This document shows positions 1 to 16,885 of a stretch of 64,000 nt of DNA, piece by piece; position 1 is the stretch's first letter, and every line of letters starts with the position of its first letter. The position numbers and the translations under genes were made by a program. The DNA is from the human T2T-CHM13v2.0 reference genome, Homo sapiens. The stretch is from the NCBI RefSeq assembly GCF_009914755.1, contig NC_060929.1; one strand, 5' to 3'. Under the pieces are notes generated by a model. That model did not search any database and had not been told where the DNA came from. It was given only the letters and a program-made list of their open reading frames with translations.

Positions 1-1184
1 CCACCTTTTTACACAACACCTTTCTGCACAACAGAGAGAGAAGAAAGGGGAAGGATGCTGGAATAGAAGGTACCGGAATAGGCTCTGTCTTGAGTAAACA
101 CATTTTTTGCTCCAGGCATCACCATGAGAAAGACTAAAGGCCTGGAGCATTTGTGATGATACTAGTTAATTGCCATTTCTGTTCAAGGGTGCCTGTGCTC
201 AAAAAATGTCCTCTCATTATAACCTGGTGCAGCGTTGAAGGCCCGGCTAAGGGGAAAAACAGATAAACAAAGCCTGTTAAGTGGAAGGCAGATTAAGTTG
301 TGTCGAGGAGGGGACCGTCAGAGGCTGTGCTGTTCTTTTTGCTGAAAGTTGAGTGTATCAACACATCCATTATTCATGAAATCTGACACTGAGTTTGAAG
401 CTGTTCTCTTGGAAAGAATCTCTAAATTTTAGATTTTTTATTGTATTTTATTTTTGCTTCTTCTTGGATCTCAGGGAAAGTAAGCCCGAGGTGCTGGATG
501 CTTGCCTTTGAAGCAGTCCATGAAGGTGAATGAGCATCAGAATGACCTCCCAAGCAAAGGCGGCACCATCAGCAGCAGTGATGAGCGCTCATCATGGTCA
601 TGCCAAAGTCCAGGGGGTGAGTCAATGAGCCCAGACCTCAACACTCAAGGGCAGTGTGGGAAAAAGCAATGGGAAGTGGCCACTTTTTGAGGAAAGAAAT
701 GTTCCAGTGTCCTAGAAATCCTGACAGCTTTGGGTGGCCTCAGGCAGACTGTCTTTACGTTGTTCTGTTGAGAGAGTCCTGTGTTTGTTTTTGACTTGAG
801 GAATATTAAAAACATCAACAACAGAGGGGCAAAGTGAGCATTGGGTGCCTTCCCAACTCCAAAAAAAGACTTTGTCCTGCCCTGTCAGGGTTCTTATAAC
901 TTTAGGAGCAGGTGGGCAGAGCCCCAGAGGAATGCTGCTTCAGATCAAGAGCCTCAGCATGGAGGTCCGCAGGCACGTGGCCTCCCTCCAGGCTGCTGAC
1001 CCTTTCCTCACCCTGTCTACCCTAGGCCCATCATTCCTGACTTTACACCAGCTCTTTACCCCATCAACCTTTCTCAAATGACAGAATTTTCCTCTCTGCT
1101 TCTAGAACAATTATTTTCTCCCAATCATTTGGCTCCTAAATTTGTATGCATGATGTTGTTGCTAATTATATTCTGCCATATGTG

Positions 1185-1955
<771 letters not shown>

Positions 1956-2824
1956 TGGGGTATCCATACTGTAAAATGCTTATGATTGGGTCCTTTATCT
2001 CCACTCATTTCCCAGTATGCCCTTGCAAAGAGCTGGGCACATAACGGAGCTGCCAAGCTCTATAGCCACTAGTGAATGGAAGCCCTCAGTTTACAGAGAG
2101 GATCGAAGACTAGCCTCAGGCACAGCACAAGAGAGGCTGCATGGCAAGGATTCTGCCTCTGTGAGTAAACAGAAACATTCCAGCGGAAACTCTGGGCTAT
2201 TTTCCCTTTGTACCAAAGAAATCTGTCAAATTCCTTCATTTTCAGGTAGAAAGCATAAACTTAGCTAAATCTTTTTTTTGTTTTTTTTCAAATTAAATAC
2301 TTTCTTTTACCAGAATCCCAATAGGTCAAGGGACAGTTTGTTTCTGCCTTCTGAAGGCACTAGAGGTGGCCTCTTACCAGAAGGCCCACGTGACTGAGGG
2401 TCTGGTTACCTGGGTCCTAGGTCTGCCTCTAACTAACTTTGTGTTCTACGCACGTCACGTTCTGCTCTCCTGTGGACTCAGTTGCCTCATCTGTAAAATG
2501 AACAGATTGGGCTACGGTCCATAATAGAGTTCTTAGCCTGAGACTGCTTCATGGGTGGTGACTGTGTATACAGGTTCCTGGGGAGGGGTTGTACAATCCG
2601 TCAGACTCTCAGAGGGGGAACTGTGACCTTTCAATGTAAAAATCAACTGGATTGCACCCTCTTTGAGGTCTTTTCAGGGCCAACAGTTGGTTCTGAAGTT
2701 CTTTTCCCTCCGTGTCACCGATGGGGACTTAAGTCCATGAGAAAAGCTACTTGAGAGTAGATTTCTAGGAGTGTCCATTTTTGGAGATGGGGGGTAGTGG
2801 GTGGGGGTTGGTAACAGTGGGTGA

Positions 2825-3045
2825 AGTGCAGTCAGCAAAGTACAGCCTAGGGCCACGTGCAGCCTACCCTCTGTGTTTGTAAATGAAGGTTTATGGGCGC
2901 AAAGCCAAGCCTGTTTGTTTGCTCATTGTCTGTGGCTGCTTTTGTGCTCCAGTAGCAGAGTTGAGTAGCTGAGACAGAGAGTGCATGGCTCCCAAAGCCA
3001 AAACTATTTCCTGTCTGGCCCTGTGCAGAGCACCTTTTCTGGGCC
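2825..3045. mobile_element. MER58A-like hAT-Charlie DNA transposon
   Basis: Resembles MER58 consensus (tttgtaaat..aggttt..tggctgcttt..gcagagttgagtag..tggccc). Confidence 0.65.
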
Positions 3046-3167
3046 CTGGGTGGGTGTGCTGGCATCATGTTAGAGCCCCGCTTCACTTGGCTCCATCCTG
3101 GCTCCTTATCACAAAGCTGCCCTGGACACTGCTGTAAAGGTGCAAGAACAGCCCACACCATACTCAC

Positions 3168-3205
3168 AAAGGACGACCAGCCCCCATTGTCCTCTTCGTG
3201 GCTTT
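3168..3205 (-). CDS. LCP2: LCP2 exon 6, (E)SHEEDNGGWSSF
   Basis: Acceptor ctccttccacag, donor TTT|GTGAGT; 38 nt. Six exons total 324 nt = 108 aa, consistent with the Y113 motif (EEDDYESP) following in exon 7 outside the window. Confidence 0.95.
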
Positions 3206-3584
3206 CTGTGGAAGGAGATGACACCACCATCAGCACTGAAGAAAAGCCACCACTTGAGGGAAAGTCAAAGCAGCTTCCCCATCTGATGCCTTCCCTCACC
3301 AATGCCCCTTCCCTGGCCTCCACCTACCTCCCACACCCCTGCAGGTTTAGCCACTTACTGTCAGCTCCAGCGACCCTGCCCAAGGTGCTCATTCTACCAG
3401 AGAACCAGCGGGTGGCGATGGTTCTCAACCTTTCTCGTGTGTAACAGTGACTTAGGAAGTGCTTTAAGACCTGTAGATACCTGGGGGCCTATGCCTACAG
3501 CTTCTGACTCAGTGGGACAGGCTGGGCCCCAGGAATCTGCATTGCAACACTATGTGCAACTGAACAGTTGAAAAGCTGCTTTAC

Positions 3585-3882
<298 letters not shown>

Positions 3883-4186
3883 CTAAGCTCAGGTGCTCAC
3901 TCAGAGGTGGGGTCCCTCTGTTTTCCTCTACAGAGCTCCCAGAGCTCCTCAGTGTGTCTCTGAAGATGGTCCCAGCAGAACAGGGGCCATAAGCCAGGTG
4001 GCCTGCAGAGCAAGATCTCCTCCCCTCCATCTAGACCCAAACCCTTTTCTGGGTAAGAACTGGCTGACAGACAAGTCAGTAAGGTCACCTGAATGAACTC
4101 AAGGAGCCCCAGGAACCAGAAAGGCAAGAAAACTGAAATACCTATCACCTCCTAAAGCAATCACCTCTGAGCCCTGAGAGCTTTAC

Positions 4187-4218
4187 CTGTCTCTTCAGGA
4201 AACCGCGGGACTTGGGGT
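4187..4218 (-). CDS. LCP2: LCP2 exon 5, (K)PQVPRFPEET(E)
   Basis: Acceptor tacctttgcag, donor CAG|GTAAAG; 32 nt, phase 2-1. Confidence 0.94.
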
Positions 4219-4661
4219 CTGCAAAGGTAAATAGCACTGCATTAATGGTCTTATCGATTTAAGGGGATCTCCCTCTTTCCTCAACCTGGTCCAGCGAGAG
4301 GGAGTCCCCAGTGGAGGGCATGTCTCACTGCTCAAGAGAGGTTTGTATCCTTGCTGCTCAGCAACTGGGGCTAGGATACCCTGAAAATTCTGGAAATCAC
4401 CAAGCCACATCAGTGGCATGACTGGAAGCTCATGACTGTCTGATGCTGTAGAGGAAGTTCCCCTGATGTCCCAGACCCAGGGACAGGATGCAGAGCAGGG
4501 GAGGGAACCCCTTCCCCTCGTTGGACACCATCTTCCAGACCCCTGGGATTCAGGGGACAAATGCAGATCAAAAAGTAGGGCAAAAACAGTTCTGTGCCTC
4601 CCTTTTAAGGTTCAACTCGGGACTGAAAAATCTTGCGTTTCCTTACACCAGCCGCACTCAC

Positions 4662-4727
4662 TTGCGTGTGAAGATGCTCCTCCTCTCTTCGTTCTTGTTG
4701 ATTTCCTGACTTAACTTACTGAGAATC
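4662..4727 (-). CDS. LCP2: LCP2 exon 4, (P)ILSKLSQEINKNEERRSIFTR(K)
   Basis: Acceptor tttatcttgcag, donor CAA|GTGAGT; 66 nt, phase 2-2. Confidence 0.96.
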
Positions 4728-5714
4728 CTGCAAGATAAAGAGACAGATGAAGAGATAAAACCATCACTCAGTCTCAACCTTCCCCCTGACCCTTGATATC
4801 CCCTGGTCTATAGAAACTTGGGGCACCAGGGCCAACTTTGGCCAGGCTCCTCTTTGTCACCTCTGCAGGGACCCTCTGCTCTTCACTTCCTCCCAGAACT
4901 TGCCATCTTATTCCCCGGGCCAGACCTTCCTCCTGCCCAGGAAGCCCTCTCTCCTCCTTGCTGATCTGTGTCTGGCTGAGCCTTCCAAGTCCAGCTCAGA
5001 GCTCCCCCTTAAAGACTTGTCAGCTCACACCTGGCTTTCCCTCCAAAAATCAGGAGCCTTAGGATCTGGATACGATAGCTGTGTATTTTCTTGTCTTACT
5101 ATTCCTGGGGCTGAGGTCCCCTGGCTTTTGCATGACCTGGCAGTGCTGTCTTGTTCCTAAGAATCTTCAGACCATCATCTAGACCCACAGGAATCAGCTG
5201 CTCCTTGGAGATTTCTTATCACAACCTCTAGTGGGCTGTTCTGTGGCCTGCCTTCTCCTTCCATCTTCCCCTCCCAGACTCCCACTTGGTGATGCGGATT
5301 CTTATAAAAGTTTGGGGAGGTATTCTCTATAAAGGCAGGGGTTGCAGAATGAGAGACTCCCTGAATCACTCATGCCCTTGAGGCCAGCTTTGACCAAGAC
5401 ACTTGAAGATACTCTTAGTCCCTGGGTTCCTTCATGTCAGAACTAGCAAATCCCCAAATCCCAGGATGGAGCTGGGGGAGCTGGGGCAGGAGGGCTTTGC
5501 CGACAGAACCATATCTCCAGCATGCCCTAGCAACAAGCATCCATTCCAATCTCTCAGATATCCAGAACTCGAGACTGCAGCCCCACTTAGTACCCACTGA
5601 TGAGACCAGCGAGACCCTTAGTAGTCAATAGGCTTAGTGTTTCCTCGAGATTTGGGGCAACTGGAAGGAACCTCAGATTATCAGTCCAATTTCATTTTAC
5701 AGAGGAGATGGCAG

Positions 5715-5989
<275 letters not shown>

Positions 5990-6331
5990 TTAGTGGTAAA
6001 GGCCACCCCTTTTCCCACAACTCACACCAGCACCACAAGCTAGCCTTTCTAATTTCCAAGCCAGTGCCCTTTCAACGCACACACCCCTGTGTCAGTTCCC
6101 TTTCTGCTGCAAGCTCTCTGGAGGCAGATACTGTTGAGTCCCTGGCCTGCCTATGAGAACGGCTCATGATCTCTATTTCTTCTGCTTAATGACCATCTCG
6201 AAGTAACAAGTTTAGCCTAAAATAAACTTGCTAAGTTAGCAAAGGAAGTCCTTAGCAGCCACCATTTCTCGATTCCTCCATCACCTCCCCTGCCCCTCAA
6301 CTCCCTCATTTCTCCCAAGATATTGGCTCCA

Positions 6332-6640
6332 GGCTGGGCGCGGTGGCTCACGCCTATAATCCTAGCACTTTGGGAGGCTGAGGTGAGCAGATCACTGAGG
6401 TCAGGAGTTCGAGACCAGCCTGGCCAACATGGTGAAACCCCGTCTCTACTAAAACTACAAAAATTAGTCAGGCATGGTGCACGCCTGTAATCCCAGCTAC
6501 TCAGGAGGCTGAGGCAGGAGAACCACTTGAACCTGGGAGTCAGAGGTTGCAGTGAGCTGAGATCACGCCACTGCACTCCAGCCTGGGGACAGGAGCAAAA
6601 CTTCGTCTCAAAAAAAAAAAAAAAAAAAGAAAGAAAGAAA
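6332..6640 (+). mobile_element. AluSx-like, full length
   Basis: GGCTGGGCGCGGTGGCTCACGCC start, dimer structure, A/GAAA tail. Confidence 0.95.
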
Positions 6641-7180
6641 TGGTATCCAAACCTCCTACCTCATTAGAGCAATGGGATAAACAAATTTTGATAAACACAC
6701 TGGTACTTAAGAGGAAAGAGAAGGAGGAAGGGGAGGGAAAGGTTTACTCTCTGTAATAATATTGTTGACAACTCCAGGCTTTTGTGACTGGGCAGAGAGA
6801 GCGAGGCTTTAAGAGCAGCAGCGGGGGCTTCCTAGTTGCCTCCTGACCATGCCGTCAGAATGCTTGTGACATGGTTCTTTTTGGTTCCCTTAAGTGGTTG
6901 TTTCAAGAAGACGATGGGCATGTGGGATAAAAGGACTCCTACAGAGCTGGCAAGGGAGCCCCGTTAGTGTCCTGTGTCCTGGCCGTGTCAGGTGGTGCTG
7001 GCTGCAGCAGCCACTCCCATTCTGTCACCTGTTTATTCAACAATGTGCACTGAGGGCCTTCTAAGTGCTGGGAACTTAGAAGTGCTCAAGGTGCATCAAT
7101 GAGCAAAACAAAGATCCCTGCTAGTGGAGAGGAAACTTTAAGGAGGTGAAATGTGTTGCATATGCACCATGCACATGCAG

Positions 7181-7410
7181 AGTGGGGGGCTGGGGAGGGG
7201 GATGGGAGTGCAGGGGGGGGCTGGGGGGGATGGGAGTGCAGGGGTGGGGGCTGGCGAGGGGGATGGGAGTGCAGGGGTTGGGGGCGGGGGGGATGGGAGT
7301 GCAGGGGTGGGGGGCTGGGGGGATGGGAGTGCAGGGGTGGGGGGCTGGTGAGGGGGATGGGAGTGCAGGGGTGGGGGGCTGGGGGGGATGGGAGTGCAGG
7401 GGTGGGATGC
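7181..7410 (+). repeat. G-rich minisatellite, ~7 x 28-34 bp (core GATGGGAGTGCAGGGG), inside an L2 remnant (~7030-7470)
   Basis: Core recurs at 7201, 7229, 7262, 7292, 7322, 7356, 7387. Confidence 0.93.
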
Positions 7411-9537
7411 GGTTGCCATTTAAAATGATCAGGCCTCACTGAAGAGGTGACATTTCAGTAATGACTTGAGCGAGGTGGGACTGAGGCTCACCTCAACGCC
7501 CTCCTCCTACAGAGTTTGACAGGGCTCTGACCAGCTCACAAGGCTGCTTTGGATCTTGAAAGAACCTCCTGCTCTCTGCGGTGTTGCCTCTCACCAGTAT
7601 CTCTAGCAGCCAGGCTGGAGGCTGCCGGGGCTCGAATTGGGTGAGGAAGGAAATGTCAAACCGCAGGCCTCAGCAGAGGAGCAGCAAAGAGCTGAGTGGG
7701 GGCAGAACAGGTCCTGGCAGTTGGCTTGCAGCAAAGTGTGGGCTCCCAGGGTCCTCCTGCTTTAAGGGGCTACAGAAAGCACCTTCCAAGCCTGTGGGAC
7801 CACTGCCAGGGTCTGGTGGACGGTGCAACAGTGATGGTGGGCATAGCAGGGAGGTGGTTGCTATGGCTATTGCTAGGTGCAAACCTTCAAATTACACCCT
7901 ACCCCCAGAGGACCAAGTGACAGTGAGTGGAGGGAGGTGACTCATTCTCCCTTCACCCCATAAACCCCTGGCCTCGCTCAGGACCAGAGCAAGAAGTGAT
8001 GGGGGCTGGGCAGCCATAGACAGCAGTCCTCTCTGCTTGCCTTTGTTTAAGGGACTAGCTGGCCCTGGAAATGGGCTGAACCTCCCCACAGGAAGCCAGG
8101 CCCGTGTAGGAAGGCAGCATTCTACAATGACCTAGGTTCCAGCCCAGCTGCATCCCTAACTTACAGCATGGTGGGGGCCAGTCTTCATCTTCTCAGTCTA
8201 AGGTCTCTCCTGGTAATGTACAAGGTACAGGGCCTGCAGGCACAGACAGTCTAACTACAATGTCTGGCCCCAAGGGTGGCGCCCACTGTGTGATCTCAGA
8301 CAAGGCAGCTGCCCTCACTTGGCCCCAGATTCCTTATCAGCACAATACAGGGGTTAAACCTGATTAGGGAATCCCTGATGGGCCTGATCATCATGATTAC
8401 TTAGCTGTACCTGTTGCAAACACTGATCACCAGGCCCAGCCTAGACCTACCTGAACGGACTCTCTGAGGAGAAGCCTGAGGCTCAGTGACATCAACCGGC
8501 CCCCACGTGATTTTTATTATCATCCAAAAAGCTTGTGAAATAAATCCTGCTATTCTTGACACTGATGAAATTGTTTGTTTGTTTGCTTGTTTTAAAAAAG
8601 GAGGAGAAGGAAAGGCAGGAGAAGGAACTTTGTGATTATGAAGGGAGTGAAACAGGAGAGTGGGGGTATGCGGGGCCTTAGCTGGCCTCTGATGTAGCCC
8701 TTTAATTCTCCCCACACTTGAACAACAGTGAAGGAAGCCCTACTAGTGGGTCTAGAAATCAACTTTGCTGATGACACAAGAGGAAAGAAACTATACAAGA
8801 AAAGAAGGCTGCCAGGCAGGTGGAAAAGGAGGGAGAGAGAGAGGGGGGAAGGGAAGGGAAGGGGAAGGGGTATAGAATAGAAAATATCAGTGCACAAAGC
8901 ATGCAGTAGGAATAGGCATTGTCCTGTGAAAATTCCATCTTTGTTTCCTCTACTGTGGCACGTGTAGCTGTGTACTGGCTTATGATGTAGAGCGCATTCT
9001 TGCCACAGCTCACATAGTAAGAGCTTTGGCCAACTTCTGACCAAAGCCCTCCCACAGTGGGAGCCTTATTCCCTGGGCTCAGATTTCAGACTGCCTGCTG
9101 ATCCCTCCTGGGACAAGGCTCCCGGCTCCTGGGTAGGGCAGATGCCTCTCCCCCTGTGCTGTTCTCTCAGTGGGACCCTGGAACTCTCCTTCTCCTCCCC
9201 ACCCCTCCTCCCTGCACACATTCCCACTCTCAGCCCTGCTCTCGCTCTGCATTCCAATCCTCCTTCCAAGGAACAAAGTGTTCTTTCCGTCTTTAAAGAC
9301 CAGCCCCCTTGAACCAAGAGCCAAACCTTCTAAATTCTATCCTTGTCACCTGAGAAGCCGGGGGCAGCCAGATGTTTTAAGACTCAGGAAGGAGCCTTTC
9401 ACCATCACCTGAGGCCTCGGTCGAGAGTGTAAGAGTAGGACATAATAATTTGAGGACACAGTGTTCTCCTTACTTGTCACCCATGTCCCCTACCCCTGTA
9501 GTTTTACATGGAGTGTTTTCCTGGTGCCTCACGATCA

Positions 9538-9898
<361 letters not shown>

Positions 9899-10081
9899 GG
9901 CAAGGCTCTGAGGGAGGCATCTGTCTAAAGGCACGTGACCAGCATTTATGGGGAGAGGAGGCTTCACGTCGAGTGCTGTGGGCTTGCACTGGAAGAGAAG
10001 AAGGGACAGCCAAGGGAGGCACCTTTCCTGTGGCAGGGCCCTTGAGGACTGACAAGAGCTGGGTCCCTGGACGGCAATTAG

Positions 10082-10430
<349 letters not shown>

Positions 10431-13139
10431 TTTGAGTGGCCACATTCTTTAACAGGCATGAGAATGTTCCTTTCGCCTCTGCGTCCCTTCCTCCACACCT
10501 TTCCTGTCTTCTCTGTCTCAGGTAGAGAAATAGGTACAAAGGAGATGCCTCAGTACGTTGTTTCTGCCATTAGACTCACAGCCTTACAGGAAGACAGACA
10601 AATATTTCTGCATTACTTCTCAGCTTGAGTCTTAGGTTTTCCCAGCCTAATTGCACCATTGGTAATGGCTACAGGGATAACCAGCAGAAAGAGCATCATC
10701 CAATACCTAATTGCTGCCTGCACCACCCACCCCGTCACTCTCTTCTCCGTAAAGTTACACTGTGCATTTAAATATAAAACTTATAACATCCCATCCTTTA
10801 ATGAACTTCAAATAGGCACCAGCAGATTTGAACGTGTATTCGTGTATTCTATCGATTTAACCAGACCGTTGTCAGCTGTACCATGAGGGCCAACCTAGGC
10901 CCTATAAAGGGAGCCTTCATTTTTTTTCTTTAAAAATCCTCCACCTTTACAATGTTGCAGGTGTCTTGGGATCAACCATGTCCTGAGAGAGTGACTGCAT
11001 TTTCAGGCTGAGAGAGCCTTCCTTACCACAACTTACCTTCTTAAAAATCTATTTAATACTTATATTGTAAACGTCAGGGAAGGAAATAGAGACATTCAGA
11101 AGAGTGTAATATTGTTTTGGTTTTCTGTACATGAACACAATTTCTTTTCCAAAGGCCTTTGGGGTAATGAACAAGACAAATAAACTTATGTACAAGAGAT
11201 GGAATGAATAAAGTATTGAACGCCTGTAAGTATCCAGGACAGCACCAGGCAATTTCTGTGTGCTGCCTCCTTTAATATTCCCCACTCCTGAAAAGTTAGC
11301 TCTTTTCCCTTCTACAGACAAGGAAGCTGAGGCTCTGATTGCCTAAATGACTTCCCCAAGGTCCTACAGCTGGTGGGAGGCAAAGTCAGCTTTAGAGCCT
11401 GGATCTCCCTCACTCCAAAACCCTATGTCCTCTCTATTCTTTAATTCCTCCTCTCCAGAAAGATAGAATAGTTAAAAAGCTAAAATTGTTCTAATTGGGA
11501 TTTTACATAAAGCAAGAATAGCCAACACTTATTCAGTGCATATTGTTATTTTCCCATTATTTCCCCTAATTTTCCCATTAACCCTCTGAGGTAGGTTCTA
11601 TCATTATTAGCATTATACAGATAAGGAAGCTGAGGCTCGGAGAGCTGAGCTAGCTTGCCCTCAAGTCTCACAGCCTGTGAATGGAAGGATTGGGTCTCAA
11701 GCATCTGACCTCAGAGCCTGCGCTTTTTCTCACTAAGCTCTCCTGTCTGCCTATTTATACCCCAAATAGTAGCACTTAAAATTGGTGAGCTTGTAGAGTC
11801 TCTCTAACCCATTCCTTCCTTTTATAGTTTAGGAAGCTGAGGGTGGTCTAGGGATGTGTCCCAGGTCACACAACTCATTGGAAGTAGAGCTGGAATTGGT
11901 CCTTGTTATACATTTCTGCCAAGAGGGACAGTGAGTCTCTAAGTCACCTCATCAGGGCAGCCTGGACCTTCCCTTGATATTTTCTCCATCATTCTCCATA
12001 TTAACCCTTCATGTTCTATGGGCAGGCTTCACAGTCTTTCTAGGGTGCACATTCAAACACATTGGAGGAGGGGATTACATCGCAGGCCAAGCTTTTGTTT
12101 TAGTTTCCAGAGAGCTAAAGAAAGATCCCACCCCAGCCCATTCGCAATGTGTTGATAATTCTCCCGTTCACACTAACCAGAAACCATTTCCCACCCCTAC
12201 CACTTTCTCCAGGCTCTCAAAAAAGCCAGAAGACATCAGTTGAGCTTAGCCTTAAGATGAAAAAGGATCTTCCAAGCTGAAAGTGCCTTCTTTATCTCTG
12301 TCCTTCCACTGTTCTGATTAAATCTCTTCCATCCCCCCATCTTCATAGCTACAGCCCTAGGGGAGGCTCCTAGCTCACTGGCAGGATCTTGGTCACCACC
12401 AACTAACTCAGTCCCATGTCCCCAGCTGGGCTGTCCTCCAAATCATCACTTACATGCCCTGGACAGAGATAAGACACAAATTTACCTTGATGCTCACTTC
12501 ACTAACACTCTCTGGCTCCTGAGAATGGCTCACGGGACCTTTATAAATTGAGGGACACACCCCACAACAACCACTCACTTCAGCCTCTTTGCTTTCCACT
12601 CCCCCAGGTATATGCCCCAGCTGCTCTGCCCCACTGCCGCTCCACCAGGCACACTGGGTGGTGCCTCTGTAATATGTTCCCATTTCTAGAATGTCCTACA
12701 ATCCATCCCTCCTATTTCAAGATTTAACTTAGGGTCCCTTCCTCCCTTGTCTGCCCTGAATACTGTGGGGAAAATTACTCCTGCCTTCCTACGAGCGCTT
12801 GAACTTGTGCATGCATGTACCATTGCACTGTTGTAATTGTAGTGTAATTGCTTTGCTTGTCTGTCTGACCTCCCTTTAGAATGTGAGTGTCCTGAGGATG
12901 AGGATTCTGTCCCATGTCTTTGCAGCCTGAATAATTTTAACAAAGGCCTGACACATTGTAGTTATCTAACAGCAGTTCATTAAATGAATAAAGTATTATT
13001 GAAATATTAATCTTGTATAGGGACCACAAGATGCAAACTCAAATGCCCTCAAGGGCCACGTACATACACAGACCTAAGTAGTTACCATTTCTGGCACCCT
13101 TCATTCCTATGTACACATCCCTTTCCACTTGAAGGACTT

Positions 13140-15005
<1,866 letters not shown>

Positions 15006-16838
15006 TCCCATGATATGATATAAATGGTTGACGTACCTTAGGACGATCCCTCAGGGAATGGTGGGACCCTGGTGAACTGGGGAGCACAAATCCCAACTAA
15101 ACAGGGCAGCAGACATCAGATCCGGCTGACTATTGCCACAGTAGAATATAAGCCCTCAATTGCCACATCTTTCACTTGTTTCTAAAGAGGCTGGATTTTG
15201 TGAAAGTTTTCCTGATTTCAAAGCACAGTGGTCACCAAATTTAACATACCTGCAGTCTGGGACTAGCCCACCAGCCACCAATTCTGACACCTGTGTGGAA
15301 AGTTCCCTCTTTTGCAAAGAACTATGGTTTATCTCTACAACATCACATTTCTGCAATCATAGAAATGTTCTATATCTGCACTCTCCAGCATAGTAGTCAC
15401 CAGCTATACGTAGCTATTAAAATGTGGCTAGTGCCTCAGGGGAATGAATTTTAAATTTAATTCAAATTGAAGTAGCCACATGTGGTTAGAGGATATCCTT
15501 AGAAAGATCAAGCCATCTTCAACAATACGTGTCCCTGGAGATAGACAGCACCAAAGGCAAATCCTTATTCCTCTCTTTTCCCTCCCCCTTCCGGACAAGG
15601 GAAACCCTATAGTCATGCTAAAAATATTCTCCTTAATTGAGCTGCCAGCATTCCTACCTATTCATGAGATCTCCCCACCTCCTACTCCTTTGGCCTACTT
15701 CCCTTTTATTATGATGAGCTCTGAGACCCTTAGAGTAAGAGAAGGGTCCTTATAGAATGTCCAGAGAAGAGAACTCAAACTGGTAACACACAGACTATAT
15801 GTAGCCCTTAGGTGTGTTTACTGTGGCATTCACAATACTTGAAACATTTGAGCCAATGTTTAAAAATGGAGATATAGCACATGAAACCCATATTTCTAGT
15901 TATTCTTGATAAATTTGAAGATAGGACATTGTTGGGTCCACATTAGCTGGAGCTGAGGAGCTGCTGCACTCTTTGAATGGAACATATGATATCTGATTTG
16001 CCACAATCCCCACCATTCTCTATTGCTTCACCAACAATGAGGCTTTGCGATGGCTACTTTTTTCATCATATGATAACCGTGCTATTATTTTTCTTATAAT
16101 GGAGAACTATTTCTTCATACAGAATATTTACCACTGTTTTGTCCAATGATGATAAAACAAAACAAAACAAAACAACGGGGCTTTGTGTTTTCAACCTGAC
16201 CAATTTTACCATTTATAGCACCTGCCTGGCTCCTGTAGGTATTTGAGTGTGTGAGACCTTTACTAGAGGGATGAAAAATACATGGCATGACATGCATACT
16301 GCAACTTCCCCTTTCAGCACCTATGGCAGACATGAATGATCAATCACAGCTCCCTTTCCTCGGGATTCTTCTCAACATAACACCCCTGTCAGATATTTCC
16401 AAGCACTCAGTATCAACACATAATTATATCCATTGCTGTCATCTGCTTTGGCTCTCATTTTACTGTGTGAGAAATGGAGGTCAAGAAAACTTAAGCCATC
16501 ACTGAGTCAGTGGTGATGCCATGATGAAACCTTGACACTGATGCTATTTTCACAGGCCCAAGCACCCCATGAGAAGAGAGGAAATGAAAACATTGGCCAG
16601 AGTTGGGCTTGTTTTTGGCAAGAGCATCCAGGTCACCAGCTGGGCTGGATCTGTGACTTCTGTTTTCCAGCTCTTCATGTAACTTCTGTTCCCCACATCC
16701 TGCCCTTGCCCTCATCCTTCCTACTTGCTTTCTTATTTCAAGCCGACAATGACATAGAACTGACCCAGCCCCCACTCACACTACTCCCCATTCCCACCTC
16801 TGCTCCCAGATCACCCATAGAGTTGGAGGAGTACTTAC

Positions 16839-16885
16839 GGCACCCGGAGCTTGGGGAACTTCTGGATGTCATTTTCTGTCAGGTT
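16839..16885 (-). CDS. LCP2: LCP2 exon 3, NLTENDIQKFPKLRV(P)
   Basis: Acceptor cttcatttcag, donor GCC|GTAAGT; 47 nt, phase 0-2. Confidence 0.96.

Noticed and set aside
2847-3323. 158-aa minus-strand ORF
   Set aside because: Only 3168-3205 (LCP2 exon 6) is coding; the rest is intron, partly MER58-derived
7181-7410. Possible CRISPR-like repeat-spacer array
   Set aside because: Eukaryotic DNA; the spacers are not unique and there are no cas genes. It is a tandem minisatellite
7086-7442. Pro/Gly-rich ORFs in several frames
   Set aside because: Artefact of the stop-free G-rich minisatellite
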